From contig NC_135659.1 of NCBI RefSeq assembly GCF_964188315.1, positions 65,782,001 through 65,846,000 on the forward strand: DNA of 64,000 nucleotides. Reading direction: 5' to 3'. Source of the stretch: Podarcis muralis. Taxonomy: Eukaryota. Both the position numbers and the translations under genes were made by a program. The notes under the pieces are model-generated. The model saw nothing but the letters and a program-made list of their open reading frames with translations, searched no databases and had not been told where the DNA came from. Shown here piece by piece: positions 61,626-64,000 of this stretch. Within the stretch, counting starts at the first letter, position 1. Each line of letters opens with the position of its first letter.

Positions 61626-62619
61626 TTAGTCAGGATCTTTGAAACTTACTCTGCAAGGTATATTTATGTTAGAAATCAGTATTGGCTCATATCGCAGCCC
61701 ATTTTCCGCTAGTAGAAACATACTGCAAAGAAAACCAGAGAATGCTGAAATTAGCTAGTATGGCTTTGGCATTCAAATGCCACTGGACTAACCGTGCAGA
61801 TTTGGGCTTGGATTATAGCCAACAGCTGTTTGTGCTTGCCAATGAGACCTTGGGCACACAAGACTCAAGAAGGAAAATGATTCTTTTCCTTTACTTCAGA
61901 TGCTCAGCTCTGAAGAAGGAAAACCCTGCACAAGTCCTCCTTGCTACTCCTGCTCACATCTGTATAGCATATGGCATGGGTGAAACTAACTGTGTTAATG
62001 CAATTGAGTGCTTTTTTGTTTGTTTGTTACACAAATAGCAGCCTTATAGGGGGGGTGCAAAGGGGAGTTTAATTCCCTCTCTACCTGTTATGGTCCCAAC
62101 AGCAAAATTTGTGAAGCTTCTGTTTGCATCTCAGGTGAAGCCTTCATAGGCTTCAGTATCACAGATCAAAGGTGCAGCAGTAATCTACTGTTGCAAAGGT
62201 TGTGCACCACCCCTAATCTCTGCCAAGTAGTAGCAAGATTCCAGGTACTCTCTCAGAGTTGTTTCTGTTGGGAAAATTGGGACACAGTGGAGGCTAGTGG
62301 TTTATTTTACACATGTTTACACCTGTCTTCAGTGGAAGGGGTGCAGAACATTACATCCTTAGAGTATCTCTCACTGCTCTCATAGCTTCAGCAAGCTTTT
62401 TCTATGGCATCATGCTACTCATCATCACCTTGACAGCCTCCCAAATCTCCTATCTCTGTCCACTCCTCGAGCAGAGGGGAAGGATCACTTTTTGCATTGC
62501 CAATTGCCCTTAATGGCCCAATACCTGAGTCCCCATTGTTGTTCAATGGTTCTGTATTTTGCTAGCTTGCCCAGGCTGGTTTGCATTTCTCCCTTGTATC
62601 CCAAATAGTATCTAAATAC

Positions 62620-62708
62620 TTGTTGTTGTTGTTTAGTCTTGTCCGACTCTTCGTGACCCCATGGACCAGAGCACGCCAGGCACTTTTGTCTTCCACTAGC
62701 TCCCACAG
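62620..62708 (-). mobile_element. Bov-B extreme 3' fragment
   Basis: GTCCGACTCTTCGTGACCCCATGGACCAGAGCACGCCAGGCAC, as in the 13222 and 14888 copies. Confidence 0.9.
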
Positions 62709-63492
62709 CTTTTTATTAATTTCTACCATCCACTAACAGGCCCTGGTACCCTAGATCTATGACACTACTAATATAGAACTTGAGAAGGGAGAGAATTAAT
62801 GGCAGCAGCTCAGAATTTGTTATGAGAGCCAGAAACCTTCAGAGGAGATCTGTGGTAAGCAATACAACTTAGAAAACTTTCCCATAAAATGTAAACATAT
62901 TTTTTGCTATTAAAGGCTCCATTTACCTGGGTAGCAGGTTCATGGTAATCTAAAGTCATTGGGTGCAAATTTCATTCTGCAGAGGTGGTAAAGTGTAGAC
63001 AAAGTGCCACACCTTATTCTTGTATATAAAGCAGATTGATCACTTGATTGAGAAAGTGGCATGATTAGACAAATAAGCTTTGTGTGTCTGTGTTTTCTCT
63101 TAATACACTGGCAACTTTTAGCCATTATTATATACAACATTATTCTGATTTGGAGCTTCTGCAGACTAGAGATAAGAGGGTTCAGTCTTTTATCAAGTAT
63201 CTGGCTGACAGATTACTTGCATTAATCTAGTCTCATTCTCTCTCTACCCCCATGCTATGACCTCAGTCTGTGTTTATTTTCAAACGTCTGTCTCTAGGAG
63301 AGAAAAAACTAGCAATAAGGAAGTTCAAGATTGCATGGTATGCTATTTAAAGAAGATGCATTTTCTGTGATCTAGAAGAGGCACTGAATTGTAAACCGCC
63401 CTGTGAGCTCTGGATGAAGGGTGTTATAGAAATTTAATAGTAGTAGTAATGATGATGATGAAAGCAGCCTGAGAAATGTAGGATCTTCTAGC

Positions 63493-63668
63493 CAGCGCTT
63501 TTTTCTGGGGGTATGCAGGAATACGCATATCCCTAAACATTTTGTGAATCTTTTTACTTTCATCCATTTACTGTATTTATTTTTCTCAGTTTGAACTATA
63601 AAATGGTGATTTTCTTGAGTCACCATGAGAGTACCCCTAAATATTTTTTTTAAGAAAAAAAAGCACTG
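63493..63668. mobile_element. hAT-type MITE (31552 family)
   Basis: TIRs CAGCGCTTTTTT / AAAAAAAGCACTG; TSD-like CTTCTAGC / TTTATAGC. Confidence 0.82.
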
Positions 63669-63794
63669 TTTATAGCATAGTGAAGCCAGGTATTTAAGCA
63701 GCTTACATGTATGATGTTATAAAGGGACAAGAAACACAGTGGATGGTAAAACTCTGTTTCTTTGCTTCAGAAATACTGATAGCAACTAAACATT

Positions 63795-64000
63795 TTTAAC
63801 TTTTTAAAAATATTTTTTATTGAATTTTCAAATTGTAACAACAAATTTTCCACAAATCTTAATTGAACAATTTATATATCCAGCTTTCTCCCCTCCCCCC
63901 CCTCTTTGGACCCATTGGCAGGTTTTGACTAAACTTTCACAACTATATAAGAGGTAAAACCAGCAGGGTATGGAATTTGTTTAATAAATCAATACAGAAA
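63795..64000 (-). mobile_element. Possible L1-type 3' end running off the window
   Basis: TTTTTTATTGAATTTTCAAA resembles the poly(A)-signal end of the 26590 element (TTTTTATTGAGTTTTCAAA), followed by a C-rich tract. Confidence 0.45.

Overview
Eukaryotic, repeat-rich vertebrate DNA. The repeat complement (Sauria SINEs, Bov-B, CR1, L2, hAT and mariner MITEs) points to a squamate, probably a lacertid lizard (inference). The only host coding sequence I recognise is the start-codon exon of CTTNBP2NL (55975-56082, +). Its probable CpG-rich promoter and non-coding first exon lie near 41.5 kb, so about 0-41 kb is upstream intergenic DNA. Three things stand out. (1) A complete, very young Ty1/Copia LTR retrotransposon (45230-50198): 385-bp LTRs differing at 1 base, a 5-bp TSD, one uninterrupted 1354-aa gag-pol ORF and a half-tRNA(iMet)-type primer site. 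It sits in the B box of a tRNA-derived SINE, inside the presumed 5'-UTR intron of CTTNBP2NL. (2) A 1.9-kb L1-mobilised element (26590-28490, -) with a 16-bp TSD, an apparently intact 5' end, a poly(A) tail and one 203-aa ORF I cannot assign, but no ORF2. (3) A tailless 56-nt 7SK snRNA retrocopy with a 17-bp TSD inside a mariner-type MITE. There are no prokaryotic features, CRISPR arrays, rRNA or true tRNA genes. All identifications are by eye and from memory of family consensus sequences; no searches were run.
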